Source: Clostridia bacterium (lineage in GTDB: Bacteria; Bacillota; Clostridia; Christensenellales; Aristaeellaceae). Taken from it: 64,000 bases of DNA. The position numbers and the translations under genes were made by a program. The notes under the pieces were generated by a model. It made no database searches. It had not been told where the DNA came from and saw nothing but the letters and a program-made list of their open reading frames with translations. Location: NCBI GenBank assembly GCA_017395685.1, contig JAFQOD010000073.1, positions 5,341 through 69,340 of the forward strand, in the 5' to 3' direction. This document shows positions 1 to 9,569 of this stretch, one piece after another; the stretch's first letter is position 1; every line of letters starts with the position of its first letter.

Positions 1-1093
1 CCTCCGGGCCGATGGAGCCGTCGGGCCTGGGCCCTACATTGAGCAGCAGCGTGCCGTTCTTGCTGACGATATCCATAAGATCGCACAGGATCACCCGGGC
101 GGATTTATAATCATTGCCCTCGGTGTAGCACCAGCTGTTCCGGGCAATGGCGGTATCGGATTGCCAGAAATAGGGCTTGGCCTCGGAAAACTGGCCCCGC
201 TCCACATCGGGCACGGCAGCGCCGAACATGAAGGCCTCATGCTTGTAGGTGATGGCCACCTCCGCCCCCCATTCCGCCGCCCTGTTGTAATAATAAGCGG
301 CGAATTTCTTCAGGTAGGGCTTGGCCCGGCTGTGCTGGATCCACCAATCGAAATAGACCAGCCGGGGCTGATACCGATCCACGATTTCGCAGCAGCGCAC
401 CAGCCAATCCTGCAGAAATTCATCGGAGGGCGGGGAATCATACAGATCGAAATGATTCTTTGGCTCCGGCATGGCGGGCCAGTAAAAATCCCCCCGCTCC
501 ATGGGATCATGGATATCGCTGTCAAAATCCCGGCCGTGGCTCATGAAGAACCAATGCTCCATCCGGTGGGAGGAGGCCCCCAGCACCATGCCCCGCTTTT
601 CCACCGCCTCTTTCAGTTCCCCCAGCACATTGCGGCAGGGGCCCATCCGGGCGGCATTCCAGCGGGAAATCTCGCTTTCATACATCTGGAAGCCGTCATG
701 ATGCTCCGCCACCGGCACCACATACCGGGCGCCCGCCTGCCGGAACAGATCCGCCCATGCATCGGGATCAAATTTTTCCGCCTTGAACAGGGGAATGAAA
801 TCCTTGTAGCCGAATTCCTTGTGGGGGCCCCAGGTTTTCACATGATGATCAAATTCCCGGCTGCCCTGGATATACATGCCCCGGGAATACCATTCATTGG
901 CAAAGCTGGGCACGCTGTAAATGCCCCAGTGGATGAAAATGCCGAATTTGGCATTTTTGTACCATTCAGGGGGCTGGAAGGCGGAAAGGGAATCCCATGT
1001 ATCCTTGAAGGGCCCCTTTTCGATCACTTCATCAATGCGATTCAGATAGGGCTGCATATCATACATATTCTGATGCTCCTCACCGGTATTCAT
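1..1093 (-). CDS. alpha-L-fucosidase, glycoside hydrolase family 29 (C-terminal part cut by window edge)
   Basis: Minus-strand translation from the ATG at complement 1091-1093 gives MNTGEEHQNMYDMQPYLNRIDEVIEKGPFKDTWDSLSAFQPPEWYKNAKFGIFIHWGIYSVPSFANEWYSRGMY...GARYVVPVAEHHDGFQMYES, typical GH29 fucosidase motifs. The + ORF 161..1108 is its low-complexity shadow. Confidence 0.8.
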   Translation of the reverse strand, partial: MNTGEEHQNMYDMQPYLNRIDEVIEKGPFKDTWDSLSAFQPPEWYKNAKFGIFIHWGIYSVPSFANEWYSRGMYIQGSREFDHHVKTWGPHKEFGYKDFIPLFKAEKFDPDAWADLFRQAGARYVVPVAEHHDGFQMYESEISRWNAARMGPCRNVLGELKEAVEKRGMVLGASSHRMEHWFFMSHGRDFDSDIHDPMERGDFYWPAMPEPKNHFDLYDSPPSDEFLQDWLVRCCEIVDRYQPRLVYFDWWIQHSRAKPYLKKFAAYYYNRAAEWGAEVAITYKHEAFMFGAAVPDVERGQFSEAKPYFWQSDTAIARNSWCYTEGNDYKSARVILCDLMDIVSKNGTLLLNVGPRPDGSIGPE

Positions 1094-1261
1094 AGATTTT
1101 TGCTTTGATCAGTATACCATATCAGCAAGGCCCCTGCAAGAAAAGAATGCTGCAGGGCAGCCGATGAAAAAAAGGGGGAAGACAGTGATTCTGACCACCT
1201 TTTCTCATGGAACAAAAAGCAGAATCCCTCTGCAGAAAATTACAGAGGGATTCTGATGGAT

Positions 1262-1897
1262 TCAGGGAACGGATACGCTGATTACGGGACGGGTTGCGAG
1301 CATGGGAATGAGTATGATCAGAAGGAAAAGCAGCTGAATCCCCAGGCCGATGCTGCTGCAGATGATACCGGCCTTTGCCTGGCCCCGGCAGCCCTTCTTT
1401 CTTGCGGAATTGCTCATGATCAGGCCGGGGATGCATACGATCAGCCCCAAAATGGGGAACCAGCTGAGGGCCAGTCCGTGGATGGCTACGATCATGCCGG
1501 CAATGCCCAGGCCCAGCCCGGGATTCTTTTCTTCCGGGATCTGCGGATGGGCCTGATATCCGCATTGGCCGCAGAACTGATAGCCCTGGGGCATGGCTGC
1601 TCCGCACTGGGGACAGAACTGGGGCTGGACGGGGCGGGGAAGACCGCAGGTATGGCAGAAATTTTCATTTTCCAGTATTTTGCCGCCGCACCGGGGGCAG
1701 CTGAGGATGGGCTGCGGCTGATCGGGGGAGATGGCTTCCCGGAGCGGAGGAGTACAGGAAGATTCATCGGCGGAGGAATTATCTGTATTTACAGGAACTC
1801 CGCCTGCATCATAGATTACATCCGGATCATCATCCATAAAACGGGCTTGATAGACGGGCGCTTCCTGCTGTGGATTGTGCTGCAGAGAATCATCCAT
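1262..1897 (-). CDS. zinc-ribbon domain protein with C-terminal DUF4190-like membrane region
   Basis: CxxC...CxxC pairs (CPRCGGKI...CHTCG; CPQCGAAM...CGQCG) are followed by a hydrophobic GxxxG-rich C-terminus. RBS AAGGAAGGA lies 8 nt upstream of the ATG. Confidence 0.7.
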   Translation of the reverse strand: MDDSLQHNPQQEAPVYQARFMDDDPDVIYDAGGVPVNTDNSSADESSCTPPLREAISPDQPQPILSCPRCGGKILENENFCHTCGLPRPVQPQFCPQCGAAMPQGYQFCGQCGYQAHPQIPEEKNPGLGLGIAGMIVAIHGLALSWFPILGLIVCIPGLIMSNSARKKGCRGQAKAGIICSSIGLGIQLLFLLIILIPMLATRPVISVSVP

Positions 1898-1985
1898 GGC
1901 ATATATCCTTCCTTTCGGAATTTTGCTTCTTTGAAAAAAGGCTTCCCATCCATTGCTGGCATGGGAAGCCTGTACTGTGGCAGTG

Positions 1986-2772
1986 TTACCAGTAATAGGA
2001 ACTGGAGTAGGAAGCGGCGGCGATGGCGCCTACAACCCAGGCGATGGTGAAAATCAGGCCGATGCCCATGCCGATGGCGCTGCAGATGATGCCGGCAGTG
2101 GCAACGCCGGTGCAGCCCTTCTTCTTGGCGACGATGCTCAAGATCAGGCCTACGACGCTCAGGATGAAGCCGAAGCACAGGAACCAGCAGAATACGATGC
2201 CCACAATGCCCAGCACCATGCCGGTTACGCCCAGGCCCATGGCCGGGGTCTTCTGCTGGGGCTGTACGGGCTGATAGGCAGGCTGCTGATAATCAGGCTG
2301 ATAGGCAGACTGCTGATATACGGGCTGCTGATAAGCAGGCTGGGGCTGATAGGCGGGCTGCTGAGGCTGCTGGGGCTGCAGGGTGTAGCCGCACTTGCCG
2401 CAGAAGCGCTGATTGGGGGCCAGCTCCGCGCCGCAGCCGGGGCACTGAGCCGCAGCCGGGGCAGGGGGGGCACTCCGCCGGCGGGCAACGCCGCAGGTGG
2501 GGCAGATATACTGATTGTCCTGCAGGGGGGTGCCGCACTGACGGCAGATATATTGATCGGCAGGGACGACGGGGGCGGCGGGAGCCTCAGGGGCTTCCTG
2601 CACGGGGGCTTCCTGCACGGCAGGGGCAGCCTCGGCCTGGTAGCCGCAGCCGCTTACGATGCAGCCGCCGTTCTTATCCCAGCATTCCTGATGATAAACG
2701 GCGCCGCACTGGGGGCACTGGACAGAAGGATGTTCCGCTTCAATGGGGTTGCGGCAATCCTGGCAATAGCTC
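1986..2772 (-). CDS. zinc-ribbon domain protein with Q/P/Y-rich linker and DUF4190-like membrane C-terminus (paralog of 1262..1897)
   Basis: Internal start MSYCQDCRNPIEAEH at complement 2770-2772 has a GAGGTG RBS. Three CxxC pairs, a QPAYQPQPAYQQPVYQQSAYQPDYQQ repeat tract and a hydrophobic C-terminus. The upstream extension of the track ORF lacks an RBS. Confidence 0.7.
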
Positions 2773-3002
2773 ATAGGGATGCACCTCACATTCTTATTGT
2801 ATTCTATATTATACCGTTTCCGGGGAATTATGTCAATAAATGGGCGGAATTTCATGCTGCCATACCGGATCATCAGGGCGAAATTTCAGTCGCCAGCCAG
2901 GCGATTTTTCTTCCCCGGCATGGGGTATGATGAATTTGCAGGAAGCAAAGCAGGAATATGATCCCTGCAAATTCATCAAATCATTAAAGGAGAGAAAAAC
3001 CA

Positions 3003-3599
3003 ATGAAGAAACTGATCGCCCTGATGCTGCTGGTATCCATGCTGGCTGTGCCCGCCCTTTCCCTGGCCCAGCAGGTAGATACCTATCACTACGAACTGGA
3101 TGATATCGGCGTATCCATGGATGCCCCCATTGGCTGGTACACCGCTACCACCGCCAACGCCGGCAATTGCTCCCTGGCTGCTGCCTATCAGATGACGGGC
3201 GCGGAAATCAGGGCCATGCTCAATGAAATGGGCGCCGGCTTCTATGCCGTGTGCGATGATTACGGCATTACCCATCTGGTGGTGCTCTGCGTTCCCGGCA
3301 TGGCCGGCGTTGATATGCGCAAGGATAACCTGAAAATGGATTCCTTCATGAAGGGCTTCCTGACCAATTATTCCGATGTTTCCGACAGCGGCGTATACAA
3401 GACCGATGCATCTACCTATGCCTATGTGCATTTCAAGCAGCCCGATGGCGCCGGCGGAACCATCGATACCGCTCAGTTCGTCACCAATTTTGACGGCAAG
3501 CTGTATATCGTGCAGATGATGAGCTACCTTGGCGTGGAACTCAATGATATTTCCATCGGCCTGGGCAAGCAGGTCGTCGACAGCATCGAATACAAGTAA
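3003..3599 (+). CDS. secreted hypothetical protein (signal peptide)
   Basis: RBS AAGGAGAG; N-terminal MKKLIALMLLVSMLAVPALSLAQQ looks like a signal peptide; GC-typical codon usage; terminator follows. Confidence 0.6.
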   Translation: MKKLIALMLLVSMLAVPALSLAQQVDTYHYELDDIGVSMDAPIGWYTATTANAGNCSLAAAYQMTGAEIRAMLNEMGAGFYAVCDDYGITHLVVLCVPGMAGVDMRKDNLKMDSFMKGFLTNYSDVSDSGVYKTDASTYAYVHFKQPDGAGGTIDTAQFVTNFDGKLYIVQMMSYLGVELNDISIGLGKQVVDSIEYK

Positions 3600-3615
3600 G
3601 GATTACATAACCACG

Positions 3616-3643
3616 AAAAAAGCCCCCGGCAGGGGGCTTTTTT
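3616..3643. terminator. bidirectional rho-independent terminator between convergent genes
   Basis: AAAAAAGCCCCCGGCAGGGGGCTTTTTT: GC stem with A-run and T-run on both sides; it overlaps the recG stop codon. Confidence 0.7.
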
Positions 3644-5658
3644 CAGTTCATGGCGATATCCTCCATCACCCGGGCGAAGGCGATGCGGGCGCTTTCCTTT
3701 ACCTGGGCCCATTCTTCTTCGTAGCCGGGGGAGCGCAGCCATTTGAGGCAGCTGCTGCTTTCCTCCAGCAATTGCACATCCGCCCCCATGGCCATGCCGG
3801 GGATCAGGGTATCCCCGTGCTGCCGGGTGCCCAGGAAATCCCCGGGGCCCCGCAGCTCCAGATCCTTTTTGGCAATCTTGAATCCGTCATTGGTTTCGCA
3901 TAGGGTTTTCAGCCGCTCATTGGGTGACGCCATCAGGAAGCACCAGCTTTCCCTGGCCCCTCTGCCCACCCTTCCCCGCAGCTGATGCAGCTGGGAAAGG
4001 CCGAACCGATCAGCATTTTCAATCACCATCACCGTGGCGCTGGGCACATTCACCCCCACCTCGATCACCGTGGTGGAAATGAGCACATCCAATTCCCCAT
4101 TGGAAAATTTCCGGATGGTTTCATCCTTTTCCGCCCCCTCCTGATCGCCGTAGGTGAGGCCCAGGCGCAGATCGGAAAGGGGGCCCATGGAAAGCTCCGC
4201 ATAGGTTTCCTGGGCGCTGCGGGCGTCGATCGCTTCGCTTTCCTCCACCAGGGGGCAGACAATATAGGTCTGCCGGCCCTGCCTGGCCTCGCTGCGGATG
4301 AAATCATACATTCCTTCCCGCTTTTCATCGGGCACAATCCGGGTTTTCACCGGGGTGCGGCCGGGGGGCAATTCATCCACGATGGAAAGATCCAGATCCC
4401 CGTAGAGCACCAGGGCCAGGGAGCGGGGGATGGGGGTGGCGGAGAGCACCAGGGCGTTGGGGCTTTTTTCTTCCTCCCCTTCTGCCTTCCGGGAGAGCAT
4501 CCGCCGCTGGCGCACACCGAAGCGATGCTGCTCATCGGTGATCACCAGCCCTAAGTTTTCATATTCCACCCCTTCGGAGATAAGGGCATGGGTACCGATG
4601 ACGGCCTGCCATTCCCCGGAGGAGATGCACTGCAGCGCTTCCCTGCGCTCCTTCGCCTTCATGCCGCCAATGAGCAGGCCGCACCGGATTCCTAAGGGGG
4701 CCAGGATTTTTTGTGCGCTTTCCAGGTGCTGCCGGGCCAGAATTTCCGTGGGGGCCATCAGGGCGCTCTGGTATCCTGCCCGGGCTGCCAGATACATGGC
4801 GCCGAAGGCCAGGGCGGTCTTGCCGCAGCCCACATCCCCCTGCACCAGCCGGCCCATGGCGTGGGGAGCGGAAAGATCCTTTGCAATTTCGGATAGCACC
4901 CGCTCCTGTGCCCCGGTGGGGGGAAAGGGCAGGGTATCCCAATAGGCCCTGCAGGCCCTTTCATCCGCCGGGATCACGGCGCCTTTTGTGCGCTCGCCCC
5001 GGAGGGAGGCGGCTGCTGCCTGATACAAAAGCATATTTTCAAAGGTGATGCGCTTGAGCGCGATCATCAGATTTTCCTTGGTTTCAGGGAAATGGGCCTG
5101 GCGCAGGGCAAAATTCCTTTCGCACAGGCCGTATTTCAGCCGCAGGATATCGGGCAGCGTTTCCTGGCAGCAATCCTCCAATTGGGAGAGGGCCTGGCGC
5201 ATCAGATCCCGCATCACCTTGGGGGGAATGCCGGAAAGGGCCTTATAGACGGGGGTGATGCCCCTTTCCTGCACCTTGACGGGGCTGGCCATCCTGATTC
5301 TTCCCTGCTTATCCCGGTCGATACGGCCGTAGAGGGTGAGGGGATCCTCCGGCTTTATCTGATTTTGCAGCCAGGGCTGATTGAACCAGACCACGGGGAT
5401 GGAGCCCGTTTCATCGCACAGCCGGAGGGTGACGGAGGTCATGCCCTTGAAGCGGGAAAGCCGGGGGGCAGCCTTGGGATATCCGCTCACGCAAATTTCC
5501 CCGCCGGGCACAATTTCGCCCAGCGGGGTGATCGTCGTGGTATCCTGATAGCGGGCGGGCAGGGTGAGCAGAAGATCGGTCAGATTGCGGATCCCTGCTT
5601 TTTCCAATGCCTCCAGCCGGGCCTTTCCCAGCCCCTTCAGTTCGCTCAGCGCCATCAT
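3643..5658 (-). CDS. recG: ATP-dependent DNA helicase RecG
   Basis: 671 aa with a wedge-domain N-terminus, Walker A GDVGCGKT, a DEQHRFG DEAH-like box and helicase C motifs QLHQLRGRVGRG. Confidence 0.9.
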   Translation of the reverse strand: MMALSELKGLGKARLEALEKAGIRNLTDLLLTLPARYQDTTTITPLGEIVPGGEICVSGYPKAAPRLSRFKGMTSVTLRLCDETGSIPVVWFNQPWLQNQIKPEDPLTLYGRIDRDKQGRIRMASPVKVQERGITPVYKALSGIPPKVMRDLMRQALSQLEDCCQETLPDILRLKYGLCERNFALRQAHFPETKENLMIALKRITFENMLLYQAAAASLRGERTKGAVIPADERACRAYWDTLPFPPTGAQERVLSEIAKDLSAPHAMGRLVQGDVGCGKTALAFGAMYLAARAGYQSALMAPTEILARQHLESAQKILAPLGIRCGLLIGGMKAKERREALQCISSGEWQAVIGTHALISEGVEYENLGLVITDEQHRFGVRQRRMLSRKAEGEEEKSPNALVLSATPIPRSLALVLYGDLDLSIVDELPPGRTPVKTRIVPDEKREGMYDFIRSEARQGRQTYIVCPLVEESEAIDARSAQETYAELSMGPLSDLRLGLTYGDQEGAEKDETIRKFSNGELDVLISTTVIEVGVNVPSATVMVIENADRFGLSQLHQLRGRVGRGARESWCFLMASPNERLKTLCETNDGFKIAKKDLELRGPGDFLGTRQHGDTLIPGMAMGADVQLLEESSSCLKWLRSPGYEEEWAQVKESARIAFARVMEDIAMN

Positions 5659-5664
5659 GGATGG

Positions 5665-7416
5665 TTACCGCTTGATGGTGATTTCCACCCGTTCATCGGT
5701 GGCGGGATTGCCGAATACATCCTTCCCGCCCTTGATTTCGCGGATGATCACCAGCGTATCCTCATCGGGGGCCAATACGGTCAGATCCCCCGTCTGCAAG
5801 GCCTTGCTGTTCCGGCGCTGCCAGAGCATATCCTTGATTGTACGCTGCAGCTCCTTGTTTTCCCGGCCCCAGGGGAAGGTGCCCCGGCAATAGGGATCGG
5901 ATCCGCCCTGCATGCCCGCTTCATCCCCGTAATATACGCAGGGGATGCCGGGCAGGGCGCACAGCAGGCGCATCATTTCGATATAGCGGCCCAGGCCCAG
6001 ATCATATTTTTCCTTGGGCAGCCGCATGGCGCCCCGATCCTTGGGGGGCAATTCCTCCCAGGTGCAATCGCACAATTCATTGATGGCCCGGGGCCGGTCA
6101 TGGCTGCCGGCCAGATTCATCAGGGCATAATGGAATACCTTGGGGTAATTTTCCTTCTGGCTGTCGATCAGCCGCTTCAGGGCGGCGGCATTGCACCGGC
6201 CGTTGAAGAAATTCAGGGCGGCTTCCCGGAGGGGATAATTCATCACGCTGTCCAGGGTATCCCCCTGGCAATAGCAGCGCATTTCTCCATAGGCTTCCTT
6301 ATGACTGGCGTCTTCCCATACTTCGCCCAGCACGATGGCATCTTCATCCTGGGCTTTGACCGCCCGGCGCAATTTGCGCAGGAAATTCATGGTCAATTCA
6401 TCCGCCACATCCAGCCGCCAGCCGGCGCTGCCCTCTTTGATCCAATGGCGCACCACGCCCTTTTCCCCCAGGGCGAATTCCACATAGCCGGGATATTCCT
6501 TGTTCATGGCGGGCAGGGTATGGAATCCCCACCAGCATTCATACTGATCGGGGAAGCTGGTGAAACGATACCAGGGATAATAGGGGGATTGGGTGGATTG
6601 GCAGGCGCCCACGGAGGGATAGCGGCCGTAGCGGTTGAAATAAATGCTGTCCTCGCCGGTATGGCTGAATACCCCGTCCAGCATCACCCGGATGCCCAGG
6701 GCCTTTGCCTTTTCACACAGGGATACATAATCCGCCTGATTGCCCAGATGGGAATCGATCTGCATATAATCGGCGGTATCATAGCGGTGATTGGAGCGGG
6801 CCTGGAAGATGGGGTTGAGATAGAGCACCGTTACCCCCAGATCCGCAAGATATTCCAGCTTTTCTTCAATGCCCTTCAGATCGCCCTCAAAGAAATCCCG
6901 GGCGCAGTTGTCATCCCCGCCTTCGGGCATCAGGATGGGATCCTCATCCCAGCTTTCGTGATAGAAGCATTCCTCCCGCCGGGGGTGGGAAATGCCGCTC
7001 TTATAGAAGCGATCGGGGAAAATCTGATACATGATCCCGTCCCGCATCCAGTGGGGGGTATCGTATTGGGGATCGTATACCGTCACCTGCCAGGCCCGGG
7101 CGTCGGGGCTGATATGCCCTTCCCCGCCCATGCCGTCATGGGGGGCGCCGTAGGTGAAGATATTGCCGTCCTGATCCTCCACCCGGAAATCATACCAGCA
7201 CAGGATGGGAATTTTGGGCAATGTCACCTGAGCGGAAAACCAGTGATCCTCTTCCTTTTCCATGGGCAGCCATTTTTCGCTGCCGTCATAAAACCGCAGA
7301 AGGGCGCTGCGCACATCCTCATCGCCCTGAAGCCGCAAGGTGATTTGGGTCAGGCAGGGGGCAGCCCCCTGGGGCATGCGGCAGAGGGGGGATTGGGAAT
7401 GATGAAATACGTGCAT
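5665..7416 (-). CDS. glycoside hydrolase family 13 alpha-amylase-family enzyme (neopullulanase/cyclomaltodextrinase-like)
   Basis: GH13 conserved regions: DGVFSHT (region I), GWRLDVADE (region II, nucleophile Asp), EVWE (region III), AGSHD (region IV), plus an N-terminal extra domain. Confidence 0.85.
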   Translation of the reverse strand: MHVFHHSQSPLCRMPQGAAPCLTQITLRLQGDEDVRSALLRFYDGSEKWLPMEKEEDHWFSAQVTLPKIPILCWYDFRVEDQDGNIFTYGAPHDGMGGEGHISPDARAWQVTVYDPQYDTPHWMRDGIMYQIFPDRFYKSGISHPRREECFYHESWDEDPILMPEGGDDNCARDFFEGDLKGIEEKLEYLADLGVTVLYLNPIFQARSNHRYDTADYMQIDSHLGNQADYVSLCEKAKALGIRVMLDGVFSHTGEDSIYFNRYGRYPSVGACQSTQSPYYPWYRFTSFPDQYECWWGFHTLPAMNKEYPGYVEFALGEKGVVRHWIKEGSAGWRLDVADELTMNFLRKLRRAVKAQDEDAIVLGEVWEDASHKEAYGEMRCYCQGDTLDSVMNYPLREAALNFFNGRCNAAALKRLIDSQKENYPKVFHYALMNLAGSHDRPRAINELCDCTWEELPPKDRGAMRLPKEKYDLGLGRYIEMMRLLCALPGIPCVYYGDEAGMQGGSDPYCRGTFPWGRENKELQRTIKDMLWQRRNSKALQTGDLTVLAPDEDTLVIIREIKGGKDVFGNPATDERVEITIKR

Positions 7417-7511
7417 GGGATGCTTCTCTCCTCATGAGGAAAATTTAAATGCTATTTATTATCATATCACAGGAGGCGGGGAAAATCAATCGAGGGCGGG
7501 CATTTTTCGCC

Positions 7512-7541
7512 TTGTCAGGGAGGGCAGGAACGTGCTATACT
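7512..7541 (+). promoter_or_regulatory. candidate sigma70 promoter for the MBL hydrolase gene
   Basis: TTGTCA, 18-nt spacer, TATACT, about 35 nt upstream of the ATG at 7576. Confidence 0.35.
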
Positions 7542-7575
7542 GAGAAAAAAACAAGAAAGAAACGGGGGCGGGCCC

Positions 7576-8415
7576 ATGGATTGCCGCATCACTGCCAGGC
7601 AGGTATTGCCGGGGATTTTCCATCTTTCCGATCGGATGGGCATGCATTCCACCCTGATTGTGGGGGAAAGGGAGGCGCTGCTTTTTGATACGGGCTACGG
7701 CCTGGATGATCTGAAAAAGGCAGTGGCGGAAATCACCCCTCTGCCGTATCAGGTTATTCTGTCCCACGGCCATCATGATCATGCCTGCGGCAGTTTTCAG
7801 TTTGATCAGGTGCTGCTGGATGAAAGGGAATTCCCCGTCTGTGAAAAGTATGCCGGCTCCTTCCGCAAGCGGGTGTGGGATCAGGCGACGGCCAAGGGCC
7901 TGGATCTTTCCGACTGGCGGGAGGAGGATTTCCTCTCCCGGGGCTATGGGCATATGCAGGCCCTGGAGCAGGAGGTATTTCATCTGGGCCATCTCACTGC
8001 CCAGGTGATCCGCATGCCCGCCCACACCCCTGGCTCCATCGGCCTGTATATTCCGGAGCGGCAGCTGCTGCTTTCCGGGAATAATTTCAATCCCACCACC
8101 TGGCTCTTTTTCCCGGAGGCACAGCCCATGGCGGATTTCCTTTCGGCCATGGAAAAAATGCTGGCCCTTCCCTTCCGGCAGGTGCTCTGCTCCCATGGGG
8201 ATGCGCCCCTGGACCGGGCCCGGATGGAGGATTTTTACCGGGGCATTACAATGGAAAATATCGCCGCCCATGCCCTGCCCCAGCCGGGATTGGGCTTCGG
8301 GGCAAGGGTGTATGGCTTTGCCCCGGCGGAGGGAATGTGGTTTTGCTTTGACGGGGATAAGCTGCCCCCTGCCTGGCGGGAGGCGCTGATGAAAAATCAT
8401 CCCTTCCCTGGATGA
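7576..8415 (+). CDS. MBL-fold metallo-hydrolase
   Basis: HxHxDH motif SHGHHDHACG, a downstream His (HTPGS) and a further metal-ligand His/Asp; 279 aa. Confidence 0.75.
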   Translation: MDCRITARQVLPGIFHLSDRMGMHSTLIVGEREALLFDTGYGLDDLKKAVAEITPLPYQVILSHGHHDHACGSFQFDQVLLDEREFPVCEKYAGSFRKRVWDQATAKGLDLSDWREEDFLSRGYGHMQALEQEVFHLGHLTAQVIRMPAHTPGSIGLYIPERQLLLSGNNFNPTTWLFFPEAQPMADFLSAMEKMLALPFRQVLCSHGDAPLDRARMEDFYRGITMENIAAHALPQPGLGFGARVYGFAPAEGMWFCFDGDKLPPAWREALMKNHPFPG

Positions 8416-8475
8416 TCCGGGCATTTTTCCGGCCGGAATGGGCCCCTTCCCGGCGCGCTTTTGCCCGGCCGGGGG

Positions 8476-8504
8476 TTGACTTTTTTTCCTGTATTGGCTA
8501 TACT
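8476..8504 (+). promoter_or_regulatory. sigma70 promoter of tRNA-Ser
   Basis: TTGACT (8476-8481), 17-nt spacer, TATACT (8499-8504), 45 nt upstream of the mature tRNA 5' end. Confidence 0.55.
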
Positions 8505-8549
8505 AAAAAACGGCGCATTCCCCGGTTCCGGGCGCTGCGCCAAGGGCAT

Positions 8550-8641
8550 GGAGACGTATCGAAGCGGTCATAACGGGGCTGACTCGAAATCAGTTTGCCG
8601 GTAACTCCGGCACGTGGGTTCGAATCCCACCGTCTCCGCCA
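8550..8641 (+). tRNA. tRNA-Ser (anticodon CGA), class II with long variable arm
   Basis: Manual fold: acceptor GGAGACG/CGTCTCC; D-arm with GG; anticodon stem GCTGA/TCAGT with loop CTCGAAA (U33, CGA, A37); variable arm GCCGG-TAACT-CCGGC; T-arm GTGGG-TTCGAAT-CCCAC; discriminator G; encoded CCA. Confidence 0.85.
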
Positions 8642-8704
8642 TAAGAAAAAGGACGCCAGAATTGGCGTCTTTTTTCTTATCCGAAAAGTGGGATTCGAAG
8701 GGCG
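8622..8704 (+). repeat. 83-bp direct repeat, copy 1 (tRNA-Ser 3' end + terminator + flank)
   Basis: GAATCCCACCGTCTCCGCCATAAGAAAAAGGACGCCAGAATTGGCGTCTTTTTTCTTATCCGAAAAGTGGGATTCGAAGGGCG. Confidence 0.8.
8645..8677 (+). terminator. rho-independent terminator after tRNA-Ser
   Basis: AAAAAGGACGCCAGAATTGGCGTCTTTTTTCTT: stem GACGCCA/TGGCGTC followed by a T-run. Confidence 0.7.
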
Positions 8705-8789
8705 CATCCCTGCCTGCAGGGCAAAACAGTCCAGTGGACTGTTTTGAGCGCCCCGGGCTGGCGGCGGGGTCGCCCTCGTCCCCGCCGGG

Positions 8790-8872
8790 GAATCCCACCG
8801 TCTCCGCCATAAGAAAAAGGACGCCAGAATTGGCGTCTTTTTTCTTATCCGAATAGTGGGATTCGAAGGGCG
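8790..8872 (+). repeat. 83-bp direct repeat, copy 2 (partial tRNA-Ser 3' end + terminator, no 5' tRNA half)
   Basis: Identical to copy 1 except one mismatch (CCGAATAG vs CCGAAAAG). The 85-bp unique spacer contains two perfect hairpins. Confidence 0.8.
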
Positions 8873-8896
8873 TATAAATGGGTGGGGAATGGGGAT

Positions 8897-9466
8897 TCAG
8901 CGTGCCTGATGCATTTGAATGGCAGCGGCAATGGTCTCTGCGGCCAGGCGGGAGCCGGCTGCCGAGGGATGATAGTGATCGCCGGCATCATAGAGATTCA
9001 TTGCTTTGCGGGCGGCTGCAAATACCTGGCCCACCGGGGCGAGCAGCCCATGATTGGCTGCCGCGGCGGTATGATAGCCCGCCGACAGCTTCCGCTGCAT
9101 TTCAAAAAACGTCATTCCCGTGGACGCCAGGGTATCGCTGCCCTCCTCGTAGGCCCAGGTTTCATACAGCACGGGCGTTCCGCCGGCCCCACGGATCATC
9201 TCAGATAATACGGATACCGCCCGACTGAATTCTTCCGGATGGGTGATCGGCCCCCGGCTCTGATCCTGCAGGACGACATAATCCCATTTTTCCTCCGTCA
9301 GCAGCCTGCGGGTAACGGCGCACAGATCATCGGAAGGATCGAGATGCTGATACAGATAAGCGCCTCCCCGCAGATTGCCCTTTACTTCCGCATGCAGAAT
9401 TTCCGCTACCATATCCGGCATATCGTGAAAAAAGGTGAAGCTGTTTCCAAGGAACAGAATTTTCAT
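8897..9466 (-). CDS. SGNH/GDSL-family hydrolase
   Basis: Internal start MKILFLGNSFTFF (block I Ser) with RBS AGGAAGGAAA; DHYHPS near the C-terminus (block V Asp/His). The longer track ORF has no RBS. Confidence 0.7.
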   Translation of the reverse strand: MKILFLGNSFTFFHDMPDMVAEILHAEVKGNLRGGAYLYQHLDPSDDLCAVTRRLLTEEKWDYVVLQDQSRGPITHPEEFSRAVSVLSEMIRGAGGTPVLYETWAYEEGSDTLASTGMTFFEMQRKLSAGYHTAAAANHGLLAPVGQVFAAARKAMNLYDAGDHYHPSAAGSRLAAETIAAAIQMHQAR

Positions 9467-9569
9467 AAAATGATTTCCTTCCTTCTGATGAAATTGATCG
9501 CTGCCTGCAGGAAACGGTAAAGTGCTTTTCATCGCATGCAGGGGAATTGTTTGCACTGTATACAGGCAT

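Noticed and set aside
161-1108. 315-aa + strand ORF at the window start
   Set aside because: The translation is low-complexity (G/P/H/I-rich) with no RBS. The opposite strand encodes a convincing GH29 alpha-L-fucosidase with a proper start at 1093.
5092-7437. 781-aa + strand ORF antisense to the GH13 gene, and similar long antisense ORFs (9522..11345, 12223..13461, 21445..24291, 38635..42159, 42508..43530, 47986..50475, 51374..53839, 54920..56404)
   Set aside because: These are GC-rich shadow ORFs. Their translations are dominated by G/A/P/H/L runs, and they have no RBS or family motifs. Each fully overlaps a well-supported gene on the other strand.
8690-8790. Possible second tRNA or tRNA-Sec between the direct repeats
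   Set aside because: No complete cloverleaf can be built: no matching 5' acceptor strand and no D-arm. Only the 3' 20 nt of tRNA-Ser are duplicated, and the functional tRNA anticodon is CGA, not UCA.
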